64,000 nt of DNA from Sedimentisphaerales bacterium. GTDB taxonomy: Bacteria > Planctomycetota > Phycisphaerae > Sedimentisphaerales > Anaerobacaceae. Under the pieces are notes generated by a model. The model was not told the origin of the DNA, made no database searches, and saw only the letters and a list, made by a program, of their open reading frames with translations. Each line of letters starts with the position of its first letter. Positions within the stretch are counted from its first letter, which is position 1. The stretch covers positions 1,056,001-1,120,000 of the forward strand of contig OY970194.1 of assembly GCA_963708075.1 (NCBI GenBank). The letters run 5' to 3'. Positions 41,538 to 50,835 of the stretch are shown here, in pieces. The position numbers and the translations under genes are program-made.

Positions 41538-43137
41538 TCAGGAGTTGATGATCTTCTCGGCTTCTTCTCTGTAGGCGTCCATGATGAAGGGGATGCCGGA
41601 GACTTGTGCGGCTTCCGGGGTGAGGGCCATCAGGTCCTCGCGGCTGATCGTGGAGACCTTGAAGTTTCGGCTGCCGGCCATGAGCTGCTGGAGGCCGACC
41701 TTCAGCTTGTCGGCGAGGGTGTAGAAGGCGATCGCGCCGAGCGGCAGGCTCTTGACGGTGTCCTTGCCGTACTTGGCGACCAGGTCCTCGTAGCAGACGA
41801 AGATTTCCTCGACCTTGTTGCCGTAGGCGCTGACGGTCTTGGGCAGAGCCTCGCCGCCTTCGTTGAGCCAGATGCCGATGTTCTTGCCGACCATGCCGGG
41901 GATCATCAGGGCCCGGCCCATGCAGACCGCCTTAGTGAACGGGGCGCCCATGGCCAGGACCTTGAAGATGTGGTCTTCGGAGCTGAATCCGCCGGCGATG
42001 GCGATGTCGGGGACGAACTCGCCCCGGGCCGCGAGCTTGCGGCACAGCTCCTGCGTCATCGCTTGCAGGTAGAACGTCGGGACGCCCCATTCCTGCATCA
42101 TGCGCCAGGGGCTCATGCCCGTGCCGCCTGCGGCTCCGTCAATCGTCAGCAGGTCGAGCTTGGCCTCGGAGGCCCACTTGATGGCCATGGCCAGCTCGCG
42201 CATCGGATAGGCGCCGGTCTTGAGGGTGACGCGCTTCGCGCCCATCTTGCGGATGCGCTCGACTTCTTTCATGAAGCCGTCGCGATCGACGAATCCCAGG
42301 CGGGAATGTCTCTCGAAGTGCTTCAGGGCGCCGTCGCGGAAGGCGGCCTGGTTGGCCTCGTTCGACGGGTCGGGCGTCACGAGGTAGCCTCGGCGCTGCA
42401 GCTCGAGGGCCCGGTCCAGCGTGTCCACCTGGATTTCGCCGCCGATGCACTTGGCGCCTTGGCCCCACTTGAGTTCGATGCACTCGACGCCGAGGTTGCT
42501 GACCACGTACTCGGCCACGCCCAGGCGGGTGTCCTCCACGTTCATCTGGACGATCATGTCGCCGTAGCCTTCGTGGTAGCGGCGATACTGCGCGACGCGC
42601 TCGGCCATGTTCGGCGACTTCTTGACTTTGCCCTTGGAATCGAGCTCCAGGCCGGGATCGATGCCGCAGACATTTTCGCCGCAGACGATGGTCACGCCGG
42701 CAATCGCGGCGCCGGTGGCGAAGTGCTCCCAGTTCTTGCGGGCGATTTCCGTCGAGCCGAGGGCGCCTGTGAAAATGGGCAAACGCATCTTCACCTTCTT
42801 GTTGACGCCGTACTCCGTCTCCGTGTTCACCATGGGAAACAGGGTGTTGTCCGGGTGGCCCGACTGGCCTTGGGGCAACCCCTTGGCGCCGAGGGCATAG
42901 CCGGCGATGTTGAGGTGAGAGTAGTCGAGGGGGTAGTTCTTGTCGCCGCCGGCGGTCAAGGTTCCGAACGGACCGGGGTAGATGACTTCCCGGCCGCGGA
43001 AGCTGGCCTTGAACGTCTCGCAGTTGCCTCGACATCCGTCGATGCAACGCGTGCAGATTCCCGAGAACCGGCGAAACGCTCCGCGAGCGATTCGACGTCT
43101 GGGTGGCCTCATTGGCATTGGGCTGTAGCAGACTCAT
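41538..43137 (-). CDS. FMN-binding glutamate synthase family protein (apparent +1 frameshift near 43068-43071)
   Basis: N-terminus MSLLQPNANEAT..NRSR in one frame continues as SGICTRCIDGC; ELKWGQGAK.IGGE, LKTG, IDGAAGGTGMSP, AGG. Confidence 0.88.
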
Positions 43138-43256
43138 TTCGGGCTCCTTTCTAAGATTCTTCTTGTTTCTTTCGATTAGCGGAACTAATATTATGCGCAT
43201 GTATGCTTAACGGGAAAAGCAGTTTATCGTGATACATTCCATAAGGGCGACTGATA

Positions 43257-44141
43257 ATGCATGTAGAAACGTTGAAGATCTTTTGCGATCTGGCGGATTC
43301 GCGGAGTTTCTCAAAGACGGCGGAGAAGCATCTGCTGAGCCAGTCGGCGATCTCGCAGCAGCTTGCCCAGTTGGAAATGGCCTATAAGTGCCAGTTGATC
43401 ACGCGCAAGAAGAGGCCGATCGAACTGACCCCGGCCGGACAGGTATTCTATAAGGGGGCCAAGGAGATCCTTGAACGATACGAGCAGCTCAAGAACGAGG
43501 TCAACACCCTCCAGAGCACGACCGACCACCGCATCAACGTGGCGGCGATCTTCAGCATCGGCATGCACAGCCTGCCCGATTACGTCAAGAAGTTCATGGT
43601 CACGTACCCCCAGGTCAACGTACATATCGAGTATTTCAGAGCGGATAAGATCTATGAACTGATTCTGGATGGGGAGGTCGATATCGGCCTGGTCGCCGTA
43701 CCGAAGAAGGATAAACGGCTGGAAGTATATGACTTCGAGGAGGAGACGATGGTCCTGGTGTGCAACCCCAAGCATCCCCTGGCCAAGGAGTCTGAGATCG
43801 ACATCCACAAGCTGCAGTTCGAGCGGTTTATCGCATTCGAACGAGAGGTGCCAACCCGCATATGGCTTGACGGCATCCTGTCCCGCTATAATACTGTGGT
43901 GCGGCCTGTGATGGAATTCGACAACACGGAGACGATCAAGCGCGCCGTCGAGATCAATGCAGGGGTGAGCATCCTGCCGGAGGCGGTGGTCGTTCAGGAG
44001 GTCGCCGGAGGCACGTTGAAGACCGTGCCCTTCTCCAACGAGCGTTTTGTCCGGCCGACCGGCATTCTCGTCCGCAAAGGCAAGCTCTTCAGCCAGGCCG
44101 GCCGGTATCTCGTTGAGTTGCTGAGGAAACAGGCAAAATAG
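43257..44141 (+). CDS. LysR family transcriptional regulator
   Basis: SFSKTAE...SQSAISQQLAQLE, LTPAG, NTETIKRAVE..AGVSILP; divergent from the glutamate synthase-like gene. Confidence 0.93.
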   Translation: MHVETLKIFCDLADSRSFSKTAEKHLLSQSAISQQLAQLEMAYKCQLITRKKRPIELTPAGQVFYKGAKEILERYEQLKNEVNTLQSTTDHRINVAAIFSIGMHSLPDYVKKFMVTYPQVNVHIEYFRADKIYELILDGEVDIGLVAVPKKDKRLEVYDFEEETMVLVCNPKHPLAKESEIDIHKLQFERFIAFEREVPTRIWLDGILSRYNTVVRPVMEFDNTETIKRAVEINAGVSILPEAVVVQEVAGGTLKTVPFSNERFVRPTGILVRKGKLFSQAGRYLVELLRKQAK

Positions 44142-44170
44142 ACGGTTTCCGCACCTGGATTGATGTGTAT

Positions 44171-44779
44171 ATGGCGATAAAGGCAGTGATATTCGATCTG
44201 GACGGTACCATTACCGAGCCCTACTTCGACTTCGACGCGATTCGCGAGGAGATCGGGATCGGTAGAAATGGAGGATCGGTGCTGGAAGCCATGGAGAAGA
44301 TGACGCCCGAGCAGCGGCAGCGGGCCGAGGAGATTCTTCATTTCCACGAGGAGAAGGCCCTGGCCGCCTCCAGGCTGAATCCCGGCGCCCGGGAAACGCT
44401 GGCGGACCTGCGCCGGCGAGGCATCCCCATCGGCATCCTGACCCGCAACCGCAAATGCAATGCCGTGGCCATCGCAGAGAAGCATAGCCTTCAATTCGAC
44501 GGGATCGTGGGCCGGGAGGATGGCCCGGTAAAACCGGACGCATTTGGGGTGCGGCACCTGTGCCGGCACTTCGGCGTCGAGCCCCCCGAGACCCTGCTGG
44601 TGGGCGATTATCTCTACGACGTGCTTTGTGCCCGTGCGGCCGGAGCGATCTCTGTACTACTGGCCAACCATCCGCGAGCCCCGGAGTTCGTTCAGCATGC
44701 GGATTTTGTCATCCAGAATTTACGCGAGATACTTCAAATCATTGACGATAAATGTTCTATCGAAGGAACTGAGTCCTGA
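44171..44779 (+). CDS. HAD family hydrolase
   Basis: IFDLDGT, ILTRN, KPD, LVGD..YD. Confidence 0.92.
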   Translation: MAIKAVIFDLDGTITEPYFDFDAIREEIGIGRNGGSVLEAMEKMTPEQRQRAEEILHFHEEKALAASRLNPGARETLADLRRRGIPIGILTRNRKCNAVAIAEKHSLQFDGIVGREDGPVKPDAFGVRHLCRHFGVEPPETLLVGDYLYDVLCARAAGAISVLLANHPRAPEFVQHADFVIQNLREILQIIDDKCSIEGTES

Positions 44780-44791
44780 GAGGATAAGGAT

Positions 44792-45619
44792 ATGCACAGG
44801 ATAGTCATTGCAGGAGCCATCGTCGGTTTCTCGTTCATCGCCGGCCCGTTGTACGGCCAATCTTGTTCCGCGAGTTCCACTACCTGCCAAGTCCAGCCAC
44901 AGCAGCAGGAGCAACAACCGCCCGCCGACAGTCCCCTGGAGATGATTCTTGAGGGATTGCAGAAGAAGGCGTCAGAGTTGAAATCCTACGAGTGCAAGGT
45001 AGATTACCTCGTCAATCAGACGTTGCTCGAATCGAAGACGCGCCGGACCGGCGTGCTCTACTACGCCCGGTTCGACGGCAGGTCCCGGCTACGCGTCGAT
45101 TTCCTCACCCTTCAGCAGGACGAGGAGCCGCAGCAGGAGTATCGCGAGCAGATCACCTTCGACGGCGTGTGGCTCCAGCAGATCAGCTACCAGACCCGCA
45201 GCGTCGAGCGCCGCCAGATGACCGAGCCAAACAAGCCGATTGACGCCTTCGCGCTGGCCAGCCGCCAGGTCCCCGTGTTCGGGTTCTCCAAGGTCGAGGA
45301 CCTCCACAAGCAGTTCGAAATCACACTCGTGGCCGACGAGCAGAAGGAAGCGTCGCCATATCACCACCTTCATCTGAAGGTGAAACCCGATTCCATCTAC
45401 AAAGACGACTACAGCACGATAGATTTCTGGATCGATAAGAAGCTGGGATTGCCCGCCAAGATCGTGGCCGTGGGCGCAGAGGTCGATGTCGGCGAGACCT
45501 ATGAGATCAAGCTGATCGAGCCCAAGATAAACACGGGCATCGACAAGAGCGTATTCCAGGTCAGTACCCCGACGGGTTTCTCCGTGGAGACCATCCCGCT
45601 GGAAAAGCAGCAGAAGTGA
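44792..45619 (+). CDS. Secreted LolA-like protein
   Basis: Signal peptide; FDGVWL, FWIDKKLGLPAKI, INTGIDKSVF pattern. Confidence 0.7.
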   Translation: MHRIVIAGAIVGFSFIAGPLYGQSCSASSTTCQVQPQQQEQQPPADSPLEMILEGLQKKASELKSYECKVDYLVNQTLLESKTRRTGVLYYARFDGRSRLRVDFLTLQQDEEPQQEYREQITFDGVWLQQISYQTRSVERRQMTEPNKPIDAFALASRQVPVFGFSKVEDLHKQFEITLVADEQKEASPYHHLHLKVKPDSIYKDDYSTIDFWIDKKLGLPAKIVAVGAEVDVGETYEIKLIEPKINTGIDKSVFQVSTPTGFSVETIPLEKQQK

Positions 45620-45677
45620 AAAGGGACGCCCCGGAATGGGTTTTGCGAGCACAGGTATTGAGGACGGCACAACAACG

Positions 45678-47220
45678 ATGGTTACAGGTCGCGTGAACGA
45701 GAACGATTTCCGGGGTCTGGTGGAGAAACGGGCACAACCGCTGCTGTCGCTGGTCAGTTATCTCTCGCAGTGCAACCCGTCGGATGATTTCCTGACCCGT
45801 CCTCTGGCGGGCGAGCTGTTGTCGCAGGCGATGCAAGTGGAGGAATTCTTGGACACGTACGACGCGGGCAAGTGCTGCACGTGGTGCAACCTGCGATCGT
45901 TGACGGCCGCCTTCAAGCTTTTCGCCGAGGTCGGCTATGAGCTGCTCCACATCCGCCACCGTATACCGACCTATCGGCTGATGTCGGTGACGAAGGATTT
46001 CGCCGCCGCGACGGAAGATACCCTCAAGGTCATCAACGGCGTTCTCTCCGGCGCCGCCAAAGAACTGGTGGCCAAGGCGCAGGAGCTGAATCTATCGGTC
46101 CCCTCAGGGGACGGCATCGAGGAGATGTACGCGGAACGGCGTCTCATCGGCCACCTGCCGCACGATTGCCGCGCTCGACGAGGCCAAACCGCAGCGGAAA
46201 CCGTCGCCCTGCTGGCCACGGCCTTCCTGAACCTGGCCTCGGAAAGCGAAGACGTCCGGGCGGCCACCCGCGCCAAGCAGGAGGAATACGCCCTGTGCGT
46301 GGCGGCCTCCCTCACCGAGGAGAGACTCCGCAGCCTCGAGCTCCGCTTCCACAACCTCCAGTCGAAGTACGACACGTCCGTCTCCGGCACGGAAGTGGAG
46401 CGCACGGACGCGGAGCTGCCCGTCCTGCGCGGCCACGCCAGCGTCGTGTTCCACCTGCTGAAAATCGCGACATTGTTTGCCCATTATTACGAGCGGCACG
46501 TGAACAAAGAGGCGTGCATCGCTCCGCCGTTGTCGCACCGCCTCATCTCCGCGGACGCCCTGTTGGCGGTGCTGATGAACTACTCGATCACGTTCATCGA
46601 CCTGTACATCGGCGGCACGGTGGAAGTGTGCCAGGAGATGCTCAAGCGCTACGCCGAGGTCGGCCGCATCGAAGTCCCGATCCCCAAGTACCGCGGCTTC
46701 CACGTCCGGCCCTCCACGCTGGTCGCCAAGCTCGTCCTCCATTACGGCAGCAACGTCCAGATGCTCCTCGGCGACGGCACGTACGACGCCGGCATGCCGC
46801 TCGACCTGTTCCGGGCCAATGAAGCCATCAATGCCCAGAAACGCCGATGGCTGGCCAAAGAGATCGTTCAACTGAGTCTGTTCCCGGAGGACTCCACGAC
46901 CGAGGACGTGACATCGGTCGTCCGCAGCACGATCCTGGCGCTGGCCCAGAAGGGCAAGCTCATCATGTACGAGCAGCCGCTGGACATCCCCGAGCACGCC
47001 GGCAAGGTGGAGGGCACGCTGCTCCAACGCGTCATCAGCGAGAACCGGCCGCCTGCTGGCCCTGGGCAAGATCGACATCGAGACGGACATGACCGCCCAG
47101 TTCATCGGCGACAAGCGCGTCCTCGCCGACATCCGCCTGCTCGCCCAGTACGGCTACGGCGAAGACAACTTCGGCAACAACATCGCCTTACCTGATAAAC
47201 TCGCCTACCTGCGCCGATGA
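45678..47220 (+). CDS. Large protein with an HPr-like phosphocarrier motif (apparent +1 frameshift near 47043)
   Basis: YRGFHVRPSTLVAK; the shifted frame reads GRLLALGKIDIE...FIGDKRVLADIRLLAQYGYGEDNFGNNIALPDKLAYLRR*. Confidence 0.75.
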
Positions 47221-47274
47221 CCCCTCCAGTTCGCATGCTTCTATCGTAGGGTGTGCATCGCACACCGATTCCCT

Positions 47275-47649
47275 CTATTCACAGAGCTTGCGGCAGACAG
47301 TGACAAACTCTCTCGCCCAACCGAGCACTTCCCGCGCCTTCTCGTCCACCAGTCGGACCACAGGCAGGTAGTCGCTCTCCTGTTGGAGGTCAAAAGTGTC
47401 GGCAAAATACCTGTGGAGTCTGATATCGACATGCCCGGGCTTGGCAAAGAACTGGCCAAAAGCCGCGATGACGCCCTGGTGCGAATGACGCGTGATACCC
47501 CGATGCAACAAGGCCGCCGTGGCGGCGTGGAACATGGCATAGTAGGCCCTGTTGACGGCAGCGCCGACACGGGAGGCGGCCAGGAGCAACTCTGCGTCCG
47601 CGATGCAATCATCGGCCCTCTCAAGGTGCAGACGTACGTCGTCGGTCAC
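47275..47649 (-). CDS. HEPN domain protein
   Basis: AVNRAYYAMFHAA, SHQGVI..F, ESDY. Confidence 0.9.
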   Translation of the reverse strand: MTDDVRLHLERADDCIADAELLLAASRVGAAVNRAYYAMFHAATAALLHRGITRHSHQGVIAAFGQFFAKPGHVDIRLHRYFADTFDLQQESDYLPVVRLVDEKAREVLGWAREFVTVCRKLCE

Positions 47650-47975
47650 GCTGGAATCCCCTCATCTCTGACGGCTCCACAAACGGCGAATCGACGGGTC
47701 TCGAAATCGACTTCTCTGATCAGCAGAAAACTGACAAGCGTATCATACTCTACACTGATACCGGAGCGGAGATTGCTAATGCGCATGTGCTCGGCAAAGC
47801 TGTCTGCGACCTCATCAAGCACCACCGCAATGTCGATGTCGCTGTCCTCGTGCAGCCGATCTCGTGCCGCCGAGCCGTAGAGGTACACGCCCCGCAATCG
47901 CTCGCCGTAGATTTTCTCCAGTCCCACCCGAACCTTCGCCGCGATCTCCAATGCCTGTTCCCGTGTCGTCACCAT
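47646..47975 (-). CDS. Minimal nucleotidyltransferase (MNT)
   Basis: LYGSAAR...DSDIDIAV; 4-bp overlap with the HEPN gene. Confidence 0.9.
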   Translation of the reverse strand: MVTTREQALEIAAKVRVGLEKIYGERLRGVYLYGSAARDRLHEDSDIDIAVVLDEVADSFAEHMRISNLRSGISVEYDTLVSFLLIREVDFETRRFAVCGAVRDEGIPA

Positions 47976-48037
47976 GACGCCATCATAGCATTTCCGCCGA
48001 ATCCGATGCAACAACAAAGGCCCTTCACAGACCGCCA

Positions 48038-48208
48038 TGTGCGACTACATTTCGTGGGCAAACAGCCCCCAATTGTCATGCTGAGCGAAGCGAAGCGTCT
48101 GGCCCACGAATGAAACCAACGCTTGTTCCCACGCTCGACTGAGATCCTTCGCTGACGCTCAGGATGACAAGATGCACGCTCGGCCCCCCACAAAAATTAG
48201 TCGCACAC
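48038..48208. mobile_element. MITE with ends of the ISKra4-like element and a REP-like core
   Basis: TGTGCGACTACATTTCGTGGG...CCCACAAAAATTAGTCGCACAC match the IS ends at 54675 and 53142. Confidence 0.85.
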
Positions 48209-48296
48209 GACGGGCAGTCCGCCGCCGTTTGGAGGCCACCCTGCTCCAAGCCGAACAGGCAGAGAAGGCGACAAGGAAGAAGTGAGGACGAGGCCG

Positions 48297-48385
48297 CCCC
48301 GTTATCCGCATGATCAACGGCGAAAGAAAAGGGGTATGTCCCTCCAGTACCCCCGGAGATACGGAATTCTCAGTCGTAATCGGTA
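48297..48385. repeat. Third, degenerate member of the 18721/62291 shell family with a different core
   Basis: 48352-48385 matches 62409-62442 at 29 of 34 nt. Confidence 0.65.
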
Positions 48386-48412
48386 TCAGCCGTACATGGG
48401 ACTTGCGATCGA

Positions 48413-48465
48413 TAGAGCACTAGCCTCCCAAGCTGGCTACGCGGGTCCGATTCCCGCCACCCGCT
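48413..48465 (+). pseudogene. tRNA-Gly(CCC) 3' remnant
   Basis: TAGAGCA-CTAGC-CTCCCAA-GCTGG-CTAC-GCGGG-TCCGATT-CCCGC-CACCCGCT; 5' acceptor strand absent, T loop mutated. Confidence 0.75.
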
Positions 48466-48603
48466 TTCTCTACGGGGGCAGAAGACGTGGCAATCCAATT
48501 CTCTATCCGCTTATTTCAACATACGGCGGGCGGCAGCGCAAGGGGCAAGGCGAGAGAATCTGTGGCGGGAGCGTGTCGGAAAACAAAGACCGCCAAGGAG
48601 CGA

Positions 48604-49341
48604 TCAGGCAAGATACTGCTTCCGAGAGGCCAGGAAATCGTCTGGAGACCCTGAGCAACCTTGGCACCTTGCGTACAGGTGTAATCCCGACTCAAGTGCG
48701 CCAATCAGATAGCGATCCCCTAAAGGTTTTGGACCGCCGTTACGAGTGTACTCAAGCAGACCCAACGCCTCAAGGCGCTCCAACATACGCCGAAGAAGCG
48801 AAACATCAGACAGCTTGGCAGCTTTCAGGAGTTCGTTGACACGGAAGGTCAGATTACACACGCTTATTTCGGTGAAACCATCGGCAAGAAGCGATTTGAC
48901 GGTAGCTTGGAAAATGAAGTCAAAGAGTCGGGCCTCCGGGGTGGTCATTTGGCTGAGCATGTCTATGAAGATGAGATTCGAGTCATCTTTGCCATCTTCA
49001 GTGCAAGACGAAGCCAATAGCCCAGCCCACATACTCTGAATATCGACATCCTCCACCCATGAACCTTCTTCAAATGCCTTCATGACGATGCGGGCAGGAG
49101 CACTGAAATTCTCCAATGGAGTCCTCTTCTCCTCCATCATGGCTCTGAACTTCTCACCGAGGGCGATCATCTGACAAGCCCTCCAGTAGCTCACCCTATC
49201 TTTGAACAGAAGCCCAAGTTCGTCTGAAGCTGGTTTGCAGACACTCCGTATAGCTCCGACTACTGCCTCAGCACTAATCTTAAGTGATTCGCCACAAGGC
49301 CTGAGTCCCAGCCAATCACCCTTCAGTTTCTCGTCACACAT
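48604..49341 (-). CDS. Abi-alpha (DUF4393)-like protein
   Basis: AAGGAGG RBS; MWAGLLASSC...FIDMLSQMT.PEAR; C-terminal LERLEALGLL wHTH-like helix. Confidence 0.7.
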   Translation of the reverse strand: MCDEKLKGDWLGLRPCGESLKISAEAVVGAIRSVCKPASDELGLLFKDRVSYWRACQMIALGEKFRAMMEEKRTPLENFSAPARIVMKAFEEGSWVEDVDIQSMWAGLLASSCTEDGKDDSNLIFIDMLSQMTTPEARLFDFIFQATVKSLLADGFTEISVCNLTFRVNELLKAAKLSDVSLLRRMLERLEALGLLEYTRNGGPKPLGDRYLIGALESGLHLYARCQGCSGSPDDFLASRKQYLA

Positions 49342-49535
49342 AGAAGCCTCCTTAATACAGAGCACAACGGCCACAATATGGCAACATGACACGAAGGTCA
49401 AGTGATCCTTGACAAAGTCTGTCAAATCGGTAGGATTGGCGGCGTTCCTTCCGCAGGTGTCTCGTACAGCATTTGAAACGGGGCTTGGCGTTATGCGGAT
49501 CGATATAATCAATATCAGGCCGACAAGGTGTACTG

Positions 49536-50348
49536 ATGGCTAAGAAACGTCCTGACCCGGCACCGATAGAGCCGCGAGAATTCAAATCAGTCGATGAGAT
49601 TGATGCTGCGATTGCCAAGATCGAGCGGCGAATCCGCGATCTCGACCAACTGAATGTCATAGGGGCTGTTCTGAACGATCCCGGTGCAGTCGAAGTCATA
49701 CAAAGTAACCTGCGAGAAACCGTTCGAGAGGTATTTGGCGAGAACTCGCCGCAGTTTAAGGAACATAAGTATATCAGCCTTTGGGGCGGGGACTGGCAGG
49801 TAGATATGTCCGACACAGAAGAAGCCATCAAAGGGTATAATCACGGGCGTAAGCGGTTAATTACGATTCTCAATGGCTTCATCTCAGGACTCAAAGAGAA
49901 GAAGGAGGACTTGGGCGGTGTGGGTGCAGCATCCGTTCCTTCTACTTACTTCGACCGACTCAAGCTCCACCCCCGAATTGAGGATGTATCACGCGACCTT
50001 TTTCTTGATGGACACCACTGGCCAGCAGTCTTCGAAGCTTCCAAGGCATTGGTGAACTACATCAAGGAACGGTCGGGCTGCCATGAGCTTGATGGCACGA
50101 CACTCGTCAGGACTGTGTTCTCGAAAAATAGTCCGATCTTGGCCTTCAACGACCTGTCTGACCAGACCAAACAAGATGAACAAGAAGGCATGATGCATCT
50201 TTTCGAAGGGGCTATCCTCGGCATCAGAAATCCGGGCGGTCATTCTTTTCCAGAAGGCCCAGAGCAGCGCGCTATTGAGTACATATCCCTGCTGAGTCTT
50301 CTCGCGTACAGAGTCCAAGAAGCCACTAAGCGTCGCCAGGGCTCTTAG
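49536..50348 (+). CDS. TIGR02391 (Ymh)-like protein with HEPN-type RxxxxH motif
   Basis: LHPRI...AVFEA.K...DG..L...FS..P.L...DEQEG...LF.GA...IRNPGGH. Confidence 0.82.
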   Translation: MAKKRPDPAPIEPREFKSVDEIDAAIAKIERRIRDLDQLNVIGAVLNDPGAVEVIQSNLRETVREVFGENSPQFKEHKYISLWGGDWQVDMSDTEEAIKGYNHGRKRLITILNGFISGLKEKKEDLGGVGAASVPSTYFDRLKLHPRIEDVSRDLFLDGHHWPAVFEASKALVNYIKERSGCHELDGTTLVRTVFSKNSPILAFNDLSDQTKQDEQEGMMHLFEGAILGIRNPGGHSFPEGPEQRAIEYISLLSLLAYRVQEATKRRQGS

Positions 50349-50596
50349 TGACATGAGTTGATGGAACGGTAAGGCGGCCACCTGGGGGTACGCCTCACAG
50401 ACGGCCGACAAGTGCTTCACCTTCGAGGTATAGTCTTACGTGGGGAGCTTCTGCTCGCTGGTAGCACGGGGGCGGCATCTATTCTGGCCCATGACGTACT
50501 CGACCTTGTCAGTGGGATTCAAAGTTGGCCATCCATTCGTGGTATCACCAGCGGCAGGGTCGGAGGCTGTGCGGATGGCGGATGGGTGGGCCAGCC

Positions 50597-50623
50597 GTGG
50601 AGACGCAGGATCTTGTGTCTCCA
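50597..50623. repeat. Single REP-like hairpin (GTRGAGACGCA...TGYGTCTC family)
   Basis: Related copy at 58370-58395. Confidence 0.65.
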
Positions 50624-50835
50624 TAGCTTGTTACGGCCGGTTGTCGCAATCTTGGCATGCAGTCGCCATGTCGCGACGAAGTGGGGGCCGCCGCTTGACG
50701 GCGAGTGCCGGCGTCTGGTACACTCACATTCAGGTCCCTGCGATTCTGATTCTTGGTGGCGGCCCAAGGTAGGTGGGTGTGCCGCAACGGAGAGTTCCTG
50801 TCATATCAGTTCTTTCTTTTTTGGAGGGTTGGATC

